A stretch of 39,066 nt of DNA. Source: Octopus sinensis. Lineage: Eukaryota. Below the pieces are notes generated by a model. The model ran no database searches. It saw nothing but the letters and a program-made list of their open reading frames with translations, and was not told the DNA's origin. The first letter of the stretch is position 1; each line of letters starts with the position of its first letter. Both the position numbers and the translations under genes were made by a program. Positions 12,931 through 25,090 of this stretch are shown one piece after another. The stretch spans positions 1 through 39,066 of the forward strand of contig NW_021835728.1 of assembly GCF_006345805.1 (NCBI RefSeq), in the 5' to 3' direction.

Positions 12931-12969
<39 letters not shown>

Positions 12970-13117
12970 TTGTGTGTCTGTGTTTGTCCCCCTAGCTTGA
13001 CAACCGATGCTGGTATTTTTACGTCCCCGTAACTTAGCGGTTCGGCAAAAGGGGCCGATAGGATAAGTACTAGGCTTACAAAGAATAAGTCCTGGGGTCG
13101 ATTTGATCGAAACAAGT
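12786..13117 (+). mobile_element. SINE family A copy with two internal deletions
   Basis: Intact head; deletion after gcctcgg; same 41-bp tail deletion as the 10017 copy (gatc|gaaacaagt). Confidence 0.9.
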
Positions 13118-13612
13118 CCGAGTCGTATTAAGAGATAACAGTCTAAGAAACAATGGAGTAGTCGTGGATAAAGGCAGCCCACGACGTATAGACCTCGAGG
13201 TTCACATTAAGATCATCTGTGTTGTGAAGAAACTTATGAAGTCATGGACAGCTGAGTTTTCCCTTCCCGTTTAAAGGAAGGTGGTGGAACAATATTCACG
13301 ATAGACTCGGCCGATAAGCGGGCCCGTCCTACACGCGACAACAGCTGTTCGACGAAGGTCTACAGCTCTGAAATATCTGGACACTGCACGAGTGCGTGCA
13401 GAACGGTTTCGTCGCTCTGACCGCATCTCGGGCAGGTCGGTCCGGTGATGATTTCCGAACCGTGCCTGTAGCTCTTCTCTCGAACAGGTAGTGCGTCTCG
13501 ATAGCATTGCCAAGCCAGGGATTTCTGGAAGTTATCCATAGGCCCCGGCCCGAACGTCGTCCTGAACAGGCGGGTTAGGAATTTCTCGTCGACGCCCAGG
13601 TTTGCCCCGAGT
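13118..13612 (-). mobile_element. Tx1/L1-clade LINE 3' remnant (zf-RVT CCHC domain plus probable 3' UTR)
   Basis: LAWQCYRDALPVREKSYRHG...CPRCGQSDETVLHALVQCP then stop where W is expected; W..ALP..CxxC..E...H...C is the zf-RVT pattern of L1/Tx1 ORF2. Confidence 0.8.
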
Positions 13613-13746
<134 letters not shown>

Positions 13747-14329
13747 TTTACAGGTATGTATGTCAGTGTTTAAATTAGTATTGTTGTCATACATATATAA
13801 ATATATAAATGACGCTGAAGATAAATAGAAAACAGCGATGTTTCTATTATTGGTCATTGATTATTAACATATTTATCATCATCACCAGTGGCGGTGGTGG
13901 CGGTGGTGGTGGTGGTGGTGGTGGTGGTGGTATCTATTGTGTCAGTAAACGTGTTTGTACATATGTCTGTTGAATTCCTATGACTACCAAGAAGTTGGTG
14001 ATAACAATAAGCAGCAATTTATAGTTCGTATTTAAACATACTAGTGTATGTGTGTGTGTGTGTGTGTGTTTGCGTTTGTGTATGTCTGTGTGTGTATATG
14101 TGAGTGTGAAGGTGAATATTCATATGCGCATAAATTATTTCATGTGTGTGTATGTGTGCATGTGTTCCACATCTATGTGAATGTAGTATACATATATATA
14201 CACGTATATGTATACATCTTAGTATGTCTATATACCTGTGTGTGTATATATATATATAATATACATATATATATACGTATGTATTTTTATATATATATTT
14301 ATATATATTTTATGTAAATATTTTTTATA

Positions 14330-14501
14330 TATTCTTTTTCTCTCCTTTTTTTCTCTCCTTGTTTCTCTCCTTGTTTTTTCTGTGTCCCTTTCTGTAGAGT
14401 CGTAGCTCGAACGTGTAAATTCTTTTTCTATTCCTGAGCGTTATACTAATCAACTGTTTGTTTTGTACACCACCTGTCTTCGTCTTTTCCGTAAATTCTC
14501 C

Positions 14502-14502
<1 letters not shown>
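14330..14502 (+). mobile_element. Short interspersed repeat, possibly Penelope-like pLTR-derived
   Basis: Pyrimidine-rich leader then ctgtaga-gtcgtagctc-gaac (14392-14412), a degenerate hammerhead-like arrangement; flanked by (TA)n. Class assignment from memory. Confidence 0.3.
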
Positions 14503-14559
<57 letters not shown>

Positions 14560-14696
14560 TATATAAATATATATTATATATATATGTATATTATATATAT
14601 ACATACTATTTGTGAATGTTTATATATACACATACGCACGCATCTTCACACACAACAAACACACACCCCATATATATATATATATATAGATATATA

Positions 14697-14740
<44 letters not shown>
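14503..14740. repeat. (TA)n/(CA)n microsatellite
   Basis: Directly visible. Confidence 0.95.
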
Positions 14741-14741
<1 letters not shown>

Positions 14742-15170
14742 CATCGATTTCTATTTATCCATCTATCTTACTCTCATAGACCTGTGTGTTAGTGTATTGC
14801 CTCAAGAAGTCTGAAAACTTTTTCAAAGGCGAATATAACTTTTTTATCAACCAACATTTGTCCTTCAATTTTCACAATTTGGCGGCCTAACTCTTCTATA
14901 CAAAATAACTGTTTAGCATAAATCTTCATCACATGCGACGTATTTGCAACAGCATTGAGCTCAGCTATGGAATTCTCTTTGATAATAAGAAACAAAAACA
15001 CCAGATGCTCACTATTGAAACCACTTCTTCAAGGCTATTTACTTGTACCTCATGAAAGTCCCGCAGATTATCCTCGTTCCTAGGACTAAATAGGTGAACA
15101 AGAAAACTGCGGCAAAGCTGTGTGTCAGTGGTGTCAGACGTGACATGCAGACTATCATATAACATTTTTT

Positions 15171-15702
15171 TTAATTCTTTTCCTCCGTATTATTTTGAAA
15201 AGCACATTGCGTTCTTATTCTTCTCTTCCGTTTTACGAGTTTTTTTGTGCACATGCGCATTGCGTGTTCATGCTTCCCTTTCCAGTTCCAATTCAAAACT
15301 GCTTGCAGATCATAGCAATCTCACGAACGTGCATTCTTAAGAAGGGCTTCGCGCACCAACGGTTGTGAAAAACTGGAAGGCGCCAGATCTGGATTGTATT
15401 TTTCACAGGAGACTAACGACCAGCTACGAGCTCGATTTCTCAATTGCCTGATTTGTTTGCAAAGTTGTATGTGGTCGTATGTTATCATATTGAATGAGGA
15501 TCGGTTCCAGCTTGCTTGAAATCATTCTTCTGTGGTTCTTCTAAGTATTTTGAGTATCTCAGTGTACAGCTCGCTGTTGATGGTTCAGCTGAACACGTTC
15601 AAGAAAATCAAGAAGACTCACGACTTTGTCATCTCGTAAAACAGTCACCAAGACTTTCTATGCCGATCAGTGATATTTGAAATTATTCCGCTTTCGAGAT
15701 GA
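15171..15702 (-). pseudogene. Decayed mariner (Tc1/mariner) transposase, catalytic domain to C-terminus
   Basis: Manual translation across stops and frameshifts: KVLVTVLRDDKVVSLLDFLER (cf. KVMATVFWDxxGVxLxDFL), ILIQYDNIRPH (15486-15469; cf. HDNARPH), YNPDLAPS (15398-15375; cf. YSPDLAPS), KKLVKR...EEKN*. Confidence 0.8.
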
Positions 15703-15864
15703 TGTGTGATGTCACGTTAAATGTGCGTGTGTGTATGTGTGTATCTGCGTCTGTGTGTGCATGCGTGTTCGTGCGTGTACATGCACAAAGAGGTTTATTA
15801 TTCAACTCACACCTATTTTGACACTGATCACACACACTATGCATACACATAAATAGATATACTG

Positions 15865-16050
15865 TTTAGTCTTTGTTACTTGTTTCAGTCATTTGACTGT
15901 GGCCATGCTGAGGCACCGCTTTTAGTCGAGCAAATCGACCCCAGGACTTATTCTTTGTAAGCCTACTACTTATTCTATCGGTCACTTTTGCCGTAAACAC
16001 ACCAGCATCGGTTGTCAAGCGATGTTGGGGGGACAAACACAGACACACAA

Positions 16051-16055
<5 letters not shown>
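15865..16055 (-). mobile_element. SINE family A 3' half
   Basis: Tail through ggggacaaacacagacacacaaa, runs into an expanded (CA)n; head absent. Confidence 0.88.
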
Positions 16056-16135
<80 letters not shown>

Positions 16136-16631
16136 CATGCATACACACACACACACACACACACACACATATGCACATACATGCAAATAGATATATAAAT
16201 ATACAAGTGTATGCGGATATATATATATATGTATGTGTATGTATGTATGTATGTATATCTTTCCGAACCAACTGATTCTCCAGTTTTTATCATCGTCTGT
16301 TGTTTTGGGTTTTCTTTTTATCTTTTTTTTTTTTTTTTTTTCTATCCTGTTGTTTTGAACTTCTACTCGAAAGTTCTTCGACATTTTCTGAACAGTCGAC
16401 GGAATTGACCGGGGAACGGATTATTTTAGATAAGCTAACATTTGCAATCTGAAAGAAACTGTTGATCCGAAATAGTAACTAGCGGGAGGTGCCGGGTGGA
16501 AGGGGGAGAGGAGAGCATACGATGACCTACATATACGAACGCACACGTACACTAACGCACGTATACATTGGTATATGTATATATATATTTTTATATATGT
16601 TTATGTATATATATATTTATATATATTTTTG

Positions 16632-16663
<32 letters not shown>

Positions 16664-16799
16664 CATACATATATATACATATATATATGTACACATACAG
16701 ACGCACAGACACACCTATATGTTGTGATTATATATGGAAATACATTATAAATGATTATGAAGATAAAGGAAAAACACACTACTGTAGTTTTATTGATTT

Positions 16800-16953
16800 T
16801 TTATCATCATTACTAATACTGTTATTACTTCTGTTATTATTATTATTATTATTATTATCATTATTATTATTGTTGTTGTTGTTGTTGTTGTTGCTGTCGC
16901 TGTTGTTGTTGTTATTATTATTATGATTGTTGTTGTTGTTGTTATTATTATTA

Positions 16954-17018
<65 letters not shown>

Positions 17019-17090
17019 GTTATTATTATTATTATTATATTATTATTATTATTATTATTATTATTGTTGTTGTTGTTGTTGTTATTATTA
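16800..17090. repeat. (TTA)n/(TTG)n microsatellite
   Basis: Directly visible. Confidence 0.95.
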
Positions 17091-17317
17091 GCACTCCCTG
17101 CTGCGTCTATATACGTGACCATACATATGATTTTCTTGAAATTCTATCGATCATAACAATAAGTAACAATTTTATGTATTGTGTGTAAACATATGTGTGC
17201 TGTCGGATTATTGTATTTACTCCCTGCTGAGTACATGTGCATGTATACGTGCTTGAAAATGTTAGTATGTGAGTTTATAAGCATCCAGCCTACACTCAGA
17301 CAAACACATGACATTGC

Positions 17318-17319
<2 letters not shown>

Positions 17320-17408
<89 letters not shown>

Positions 17409-17873
17409 TAGTATTTGATAAAGAAGAAAATGGAAAGTTTTAACAGATAATCATCAATTTATTAACATAGTGTCAATTTACACTTCCCTGCAATTGTTTC
17501 CATATCCACTCATATTCAAATTCCAAATTTATAAATTAAAATTGCATTTTAAAAATTACGAGGAAAATTTATATATATGAGTGTGTATGTGTGTGTATAC
17601 ACACACACACACACACAGGTTAGGCTTACATATGGCTTCCGTCAGCCAAAGTCATCCTGAAGCCATTTGGTAAGCCGGGCATTGAACTCTAATCAGGTGG
17701 TTGCAAAGTTAGCTTCTTAACCGCACCGCTGTGCTTTCGCCTATTTTCATATTTATGTGTGAATATTCATAGCTTATCTGTGTATTTATGTTTATATGTA
17801 TGGAGAATTTACTTGTATGTCTGTGCGTGTAGTTGTGTGCCAATATATGTAAAAGTAATGTAAGTATATATAT

Positions 17874-17953
<80 letters not shown>

Positions 17954-17975
17954 ATACACATACATATATATATAA
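17320..17975. repeat. Two (TA)n microsatellites (17320-17410, 17860-17975)
   Basis: Directly visible. Confidence 0.9.
17623..17741 (-). mobile_element. Highly diverged tRNA-SINE head, family-A-like
   Basis: Reverse complement ggcgaaagcacagcggtgcggttaagaagct...gagttcaatgcccgg retains A/B-box-like spacing. Confidence 0.45.
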
Positions 17976-18339
17976 GCAAAGTTGAAACACTTCTGTCACA
18001 ATCTGAGACCTTGAAGACTACAATAATGCAAGAAAGTATACTAGTCCCTTAATATTTTATATTCAATATTCCATCTATTCAATAAGACAATCAATACTTC
18101 ATTTCATTTTACTATATATACTATTTATACTATATATTCTATATAGTAATGGAGCTCTTAAGTTAAACTACTGTCCATTACAGGCGTTACTTATAGTAAT
18201 AGCCCTTGAAATGATAATGTATTTTATATTTTTTTAAAATTATATAAATTGTATTAATTTTTTCCTTGGTTGGTTTTCCATGCTGGCTACTTCATAGATC
18301 TTATATAGCTTATATATATATATATACACACACACACAA

Positions 18340-18775
18340 AAAAAAATGGGACAAGAACGCAAAAACATCCAGACAGTTAGGTGATACAAGAAAGGGACAA
18401 CAAAATAATCAGATGGACGTTACAATGAAAACAAGGACGGGTCATTCGAATTTTCTTTCCTCAGTCGAGTTCCAGATTATCTTTGCAATTTCGACTAATT
18501 ATACTCGAGATTGCTCCAATCTGGCCAGCCCCTAGGAAAAACTAAGCTAAGACCATTAGATTCCTTGGAAGAAAGCAGCGAACGTATACGAAAACAAGGA
18601 CGGAAAAAAATGGAAAATGTTACACAAATACAAATAACAGGACATAACAACAGATGTGTTTCGACTAAGGAGGAATTAACTTAAGCTGACGTGTGTGGAA
18701 GTAAAGCCTTACGGCGGGGATACAGGATTTCACAGGCACAGGGAGGAATAGAGATGTTGTACTGTGATTGTCACT
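18340..18775. mobile_element. Interspersed repeat of uncertain class (possible PLE-terminal derivative)
   Basis: Internal direct repeat gaaaacaaggacgg at about 18428 and 18590; resembles a recalled octopus repeat; no coding capacity. Confidence 0.3.
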
Positions 18776-19181
18776 AATTATGGCTAGGGTGTTCGAATAT
18801 ATATTCAGTATTTGTCTGTGTTAGTGAATATTCATATGTAATTTATGTGCATATTCCTGTGTTTATTGTTTCATCAATATGTATACACACATACACAAAA
18901 TGTGTGTGTGTGCATGTGTGTAACATGTGCGCATTGATGTATTTCACACAGCTATTAAACAAACATTTCTTTTTTTTTTTTTGCCTGATATTTTAATCAG
19001 TTTAATACGAATATATGGTTTTCACTCACAGATACATTCGCACTTACGCACGCACTTATGTCATTGCGGAGCGCAAAGTTTGAGTCTATTTGCGTGTATG
19101 ATTTGGCTATGTACGTGTGCATAGGTCTAGTTATCTGAGTGCGTATGCACGTCTGTGTCTGTGCCTGAATATATATATTGA

Positions 19182-19214
<33 letters not shown>

Positions 19215-19369
19215 TGTATGTATGTATTCAATATATATATATTTATATACAGAGAGAGAGAGATAGAGATGAACAACACACACACACACACATACAGACA
19301 CAGACACACACACACTGATATATAAAACAAACTCTCATACGCTTAGCTCAGTCATCAATACCATTGTTA

Positions 19370-19382
19370 TTCTATTCATCAT

Positions 19383-19414
<32 letters not shown>

Positions 19415-19661
19415 TCATGAAAAGCATCACTATCAGCATCGCCACTACCACCACTACCGCTACCACCACCACCACAACAACAACAACAACAACCTGCATC
19501 ATTACTATCTCCAAACCATAATCAGAACGCCTAGGACTACAAAAGCCAATGATCAGTCTATAGATTGTATTTGATGAAACAGATAAATATATCATATGGA
19601 ATCGTTCATAAGATAAATATTTGGATGATCAATAAAGAAATCAGAAACAAACAAATAAATG

Positions 19662-19725
<64 letters not shown>

Positions 19726-19750
19726 AAACAACAACAACAACAACAACAAT
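19370..19750. repeat. (CAT)/(CAC)/(AAC)/(AAT)n microsatellites
   Basis: Directly visible. Confidence 0.92.
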
Positions 19751-19755
19751 AATTG

Positions 19756-19998
19756 TTTCTAAATTAAGTACAAGGCCAGTAGATCTTTTTTGTGTAGGTG
19801 TGTGTGTGGTTAGGGCCCTGGAGTTAGTCGATACCATCGGCGCTAGTTTTGAGTCTAGGACTTTATTTTATCAACCCTGAAAGGATGAAAGACAAAGTTG
19901 ACCTCGGCGAGATTTGAACTTAGAGTGTAAAAAACCGGAACAAATACTGCTAAGTATTTTTTTTTTTTTGTCTTTCCGACGCCATAAAGATTCTGCCA
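19756..19998 (-). mobile_element. SINE family C copy (type-2 tail)
   Basis: ttttatcaaccctgaaaggatgaaagacaaagttgacctcggcgagatttgaac is the reverse complement of the family-C core. Confidence 0.85.
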
Positions 19999-20063
19999 CA
20001 ACAGCAGCATCAGTAGCAGTCGCAGCAGCAGCAGTCGCAACAGGAGCAGTCGCAGCAACAGCA

Positions 20064-20260
20064 GTGTGGAGGCGCAATGGCCCAGTGATTAGGGCAGCGG
20101 ACTCGCGGTCGTAAGAATGCGATTTCGATTCCCAGACCGGGCATTGTGAGTGTTTATTGTGCAAAAGCACCTAAGCTCCACGAGGCTCCGGCGGGGGAGG
20201 GTAGTGAACCCCGCTGTACTCTTTCACCACAACTTTCTCTCACTCTTTCTTCCTACTTCT
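20064..20260 (+). mobile_element. SINE family B copy, 3'-truncated
   Basis: Closely matches 2589-2785, then diverges after ...cactctttcttcctacttct. Confidence 0.9.
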
Positions 20261-20544
20261 GTCACAAAGCAGTGGAACCATGGTGTAACTGACTATGGTG
20301 AGGTAAACTTTCAGACCCTAGTTTAGATTGCGAATCCTCTGTACCCCAGGATGGTTCAGCTCTCCCCCCGTTAAAATCCACCGTTTACGGAATGAGGATA
20401 ACAACGTAGCTTTCGCACCCGTGCAACCGCCTGTCTTTCACATGTGGTGGGTGGATCTTCAAGTTGCCACACACATTCTTAGTAGGTTAGAGTAGGCTCG
20501 AATTAGAGATTATTCTTTGTGGCTAATGAAGTGAGTCCTGATTG

Positions 20545-20770
20545 GAAGAAGAAGAAGGAGAAGGAAGAAGAAGGAGAAGAAGAAGGAGTAGTAGTAGTAG
20601 TAGAAGAAGAAGAAGAAGAAGAAGAAGAAGAAGAAGAAGAAGAAGAAGGAAGGAGGAGAAGAAGAAGAAGAAGAAGAAGAAGAAGAAGAAGAAGAAGAAG
20701 AAGAAGAAGAAGAAGAAGAAGAAGAGCAACAGCAGTCGTAGCAGCAGCAGCACTAGTAGTAGCACTAGCC
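20545..20770 (+). repeat. (GAA)n-dominated purine-rich microsatellite
   Basis: Directly visible. Confidence 0.95.
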
Positions 20771-20952
20771 AGGAGTTAACATCGTGGGTGATGTCCTTAA
20801 CAGTGACCCTAATATTCATCGTTTCTAAATCCTACGAACCAACTTTTAGACAGGTGTATCTCACCCCACTCTGGCTTTCTCTTTCTTTCCGTCTCTTCCT
20901 CTGAATATTCCTGGTACATATTCAGCAATACGTCCTCAATATTCCAGTATAA

Positions 20953-21066
20953 GAAGGTAGCGAGCTGGTCGATAAATTAAGTAGCAGTTGCGTACTGGTT
21001 TCGATCTAATCGACTGGCCCCCTCCCACAAAATTTCGGGCCTTGAGCCTAGAGTAGAAAAGAATAT
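20953..21066 (+). mobile_element. SINE family C copy, internally deleted (type-2 tail)
   Basis: gcgagctgg joined directly to tcgataaattaagta; tail ...cgggccttgagcctagagtagaaaagaat. Confidence 0.75.
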
Positions 21067-21080
21067 ATGCTGACAGTCAA

Positions 21081-21335
21081 GGCAGCGAGCTGGCAGAAAC
21101 GCTAGCACACCGAGCGAAATGCTTAGCGGGATTTCGTCTGCCGTTACGTTCTGGGTTCAAATTCTGCCGGGGTCGACTTTGCCTTTCATCCTTTCGGCGT
21201 CGATAAATTAAGTACTGGAGTCGATGTAATCGACTTAATCCGTTTGTCTGTCCATGTTTATCCTCTGTGTGTTTAGCCCCTTTGTGGGTAGTAAAGAAAT
21301 AAGTATTTCGTCTGACTTTACGTTCTGAGTTCAAT
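21081..21335 (+). mobile_element. SINE family C, full length (type-1 tail)
   Basis: ggcagcgagctggcagaaacgctagc...gggttcaaattc...gcctttcatcctttcgg...gtgggtagtaaagaaataagtatt. Confidence 0.9.
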
Positions 21336-21432
21336 TTACATACATCCACACTGATATTGTTGCTGTTGTTGTTTACGTTGTTGTTTAGCAACATTACTCG
21401 ATGTAGGTTAAATGTGCGTTCTTCCTTTTTGT

Positions 21433-21850
21433 TTACTCTTACTCTTTACTCTTTTTACTTGTTTCAGTCATTGACTGCGGCCATGCTGGAGCACCGCCTT
21501 TAGGCGAGCAAATCGACCCCGGGACTTATTCTTTTGTAAGCCCAGTACTTATTCTATCGGTCTCTTTTGCCGAACCGCTAAATGACGGGGACGTAAACAC
21601 ACCAGCATCGGTTGTCATGCAATGCTAGGGGGACAAACACACACACACAAACACACACACACACACACATATATATATACATATATACGACAGGCTTCTT
21701 TCAGTTTCCGTCTACCAAATCCACTTACAAGGCATTGGTCGGCCCGAGACTATAGCAGAAGACACTTGCCCAAGGTGCCACGCAGTGGGACTGAACCCGG
21801 AACCATGTGGTTGGTTAGCAAGCTACTTACCACACAGCCACTCCTGCGCC
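21433..21850 (-). mobile_element. SINE family A, full length
   Basis: Complete from (tactct)n tail to head end ctcctgcgcc. Confidence 0.93.
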
Positions 21851-22107
21851 TATTGTGCATGCTATTAATATTTTCTTTTGCAATTGAGTTAGCCTTCTGA
21901 TTTTGTTAGTTTTTCTCTGAGTAAACTATACTATTCTGTAAATTTTCAGCTTTCTTTGAGGGGTGGGGCATGAATTGTTCTTGTTTATTTCATTTCTTTT
22001 TCTTTTTTTTTTGTTTTTCGTTTTTGTCTTTGTCTGTGACAAAACATAAAACACAAATCTTATTCTTTTATCAACCTCTGTAAATGGAAAATCCAAATTG
22101 TATGAAG

Positions 22108-22147
22108 TCGTCTTCTTCTTCTTCTTCTTCTTCTTCTTCTTCTTCTT

Positions 22148-22180
<33 letters not shown>

Positions 22181-22395
22181 CTTCTTCTTCCTTCTCCTCC
22201 TCCTCCTCCTCGTCCCTCTTCTCGTCGTCCTCGTACTCCTTCTTCTTTTCTTCCTCTTTCTTCTCGTCTTCCTTCTCCTCCTTCTTTTTTCTACTTCCTT
22301 TTCTTTTCTTCTTCTTCTTCTTTTTCTTCTTCTTCTCTCCTCCTCCTCCTCGTTCTTCTCGCCCTCCTCTTCCTTCTTCTTCTTCTTCTTCTTCA
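22108..22395. repeat. (TTC)n/(TCC)n pyrimidine-rich microsatellite
   Basis: Directly visible. Confidence 0.95.
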
Positions 22396-22689
22396 TGTTG
22401 GTGCTTGTTATTGTTGTGACGGTGACTGTCGTCTAGGTAATATTAATGGTGGCGATGGCTGTGCTGATCGTTCGTTGTGTTTGTAGTGGAGGCAGACATG
22501 GATGCGTCCTGGTGACGTTGGCGATGGTATGAAGGCCATGCCAATGACAATGCTACCACTGCTGTCATTCATTAAAGCTTATCAAATGTATTTGGGATCA
22601 AAACCAGGAACTAGCTTTCCTCACACAAGCATTACAACAGGGCCCTCGAATATCGATAGTTCACACCGTTCTGTGTCTCAAAATATTCG

Positions 22690-22796
22690 TACTTGTGACA
22701 ACACCAACATCACTATCATCCTCATCTTCATCAACATCACCACCACTACCACAACCGTCATGATCACCAAAATCATCGTCATACCATCGCCAACTG

Positions 22797-22841
<45 letters not shown>

Positions 22842-22980
22842 ACAACGATAACAACGACAACAACAGCAACAACAACTACTACTACTATCACTATTACCAC
22901 TACTACTACTATTACTACAACTATTACAACAACAACTACAACTACTACTACTACTACTACTACATCAGCAACAACAGCTT
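22690..22980. repeat. (CAT)n/(AAC)n/(TAC)n compound microsatellite
   Basis: Directly visible. Confidence 0.93.
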
Positions 22981-23137
22981 AGTATAATTGTGCGCGTGTA
23001 TACATAAATTTATGTATATATATATATATATATTTTATCTATCAACTTACCTATTTATCTATATCTATCTGTCTATCTATATCTAATACATGCCTACATA
23101 CCCACTCACACACATACACACACACACAAATATATAT

Positions 23138-23173
<36 letters not shown>

Positions 23174-23595
23174 CACACACACACAGTAGCAGCAGCAAAG
23201 ATGGCGGTTAGATAGCCGAAGGATTCGTAATAATAAATCAATAATTGTTTGGAATATCTGTTGATAAACCAAGAAGTTGTCCTTAATTATATTCACTGTT
23301 AATTATCGGTCATTTTAATATATAACATAGATACGGCACACATACACACATGAATACATACATCTGTACATATGTATATACATATGTGTGGACCTACTTA
23401 CATATATACATGCATGTACACACATATATGTGCGTGCACGTGTATGTAAGTGTGTTAGTGTTTTAATTGGTATATGTGTTTGTATTAGCTTTTTCTTGTG
23501 CGTGTGTGTATATTTGTTTTGAATGATAGGGAACGTGTGCAGTTTTATCTCTTTAGTTTCACCGTGTTGCCTATTTGCACAGGGATTTGTGTGTA

Positions 23596-23635
<40 letters not shown>

Positions 23636-25002
23636 TGTGTGTGTGTGGTTGTTTTGATACTCTTTTTTTCTGTTACAATATATTGCTTTCGTGTGTTTGG
23701 GTTGTGAATGTCTTTTGTGATTAATGTTAGTGTATACCTCTGCAGCATTCACCGTTATATATTCGACGTGTACTCGATTTTATACGCAAATATACGTCTA
23801 ACTTTTGTGTACGCCTTGAGAATGTATTTTGTAAATAGAAAAAACGTGTGAATCAATCAGAAAAATCGAGCTTAATTAACATAGAGATTATCTAAAATAA
23901 ATCTATAAATGTGTGTGTGTGTGAGTTTGTGGGTGTATGTGCGTGTGTATGTGTGTCAGTGTAGGGTGTGTGTGTACGTGTGTGTACATGTAGAGGCGTA
24001 CATGCGAAAACACAGCAAACAGTTATCAACTAAATATATGCATGGACTCAACCAAAATCTCAAAGAAAATCTTTAACAAAATTCAGAAACGAACACATTT
24101 AAAATTTTATCCTTGTAATTTTTTTCTGCTCTGTGGATTTTCTTAGGGGACTCTTTTTATTTTTTTAATAATTTCATTTTATTTTTACTCCATAATTTAA
24201 TTGTTCCTTCAACAGTTTTCTTTTTTTCTTGCTGAAATATTGAATCTTCATACCAAAACATCCCTTAAGATTTTTCGTGGACTTTATACAATTTTGTCTG
24301 ATTTTTTTTTTTGTTCATTATTTTTTTTTTTCAATATGCAGATGAACATAGAATAAAAATCAATAGGACGTTATCGCAAAAAAATTCATAAACATAGTAG
24401 TTTGCATAAAATTATATGGTATTATAGAAACAACACTCTGGTAAAGTAGCCATTAGCAACCGTGTTTCTTTCTCATCTCTACTAGAGAACGGCAACAACT
24501 GCAGCATCAGCAACATCACTAAAAAAAAAGTATAAACAACAAACAACATTTATTGTAAATATTTTCAAATACAAAAATAATAATAATAATATAAAAACAA
24601 CAGCTACAGAAGCAACAAATATTTAATATAAGTTCTCATGTAATTTTAGAACGCCAAACTTTCACGATGTTGACAAGATAACTAACAGTGCTTTTAACAT
24701 AAACTACCTCATACAAACTTAGCATCAATTTCATCACAGAATTCAGATGGAAAAGAGCAAATACATACAATTATATATAGCTATAAAAAAAAGCAACTGA
24801 ACTGACAGCATCTATAAACTTTGTGCTAGATTCAGAATCACCTGTAATAAATCAGAGGCGAGCCAACGGAAAGAGTCTCTATGGAATCGATCGTTCGAAA
24901 ATTATGAGAAATAGCAACCAAATCGACATCAAATTTACCCTGATGTCTTAACAAAGGAAAAATACACTGGATAATGTACCGCGAAATACACTATATTTGA
25001 AT

Positions 25003-25090
25003 AAAAGACAGGATGGTCAGCTGGAACGTAGGAATGCCTTTGATCATAAGTCTGTTCAATTAGGGTTGAACTGAAACTAAATAACAACTA
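25003..25090 (+). mobile_element. Old interspersed-repeat 3' fragment (family E) ending in (AAC)
   Basis: ggatggtca...ggaatgcctttgatcat...ctaaataacaac; similar to 32233-32305. Confidence 0.45.
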
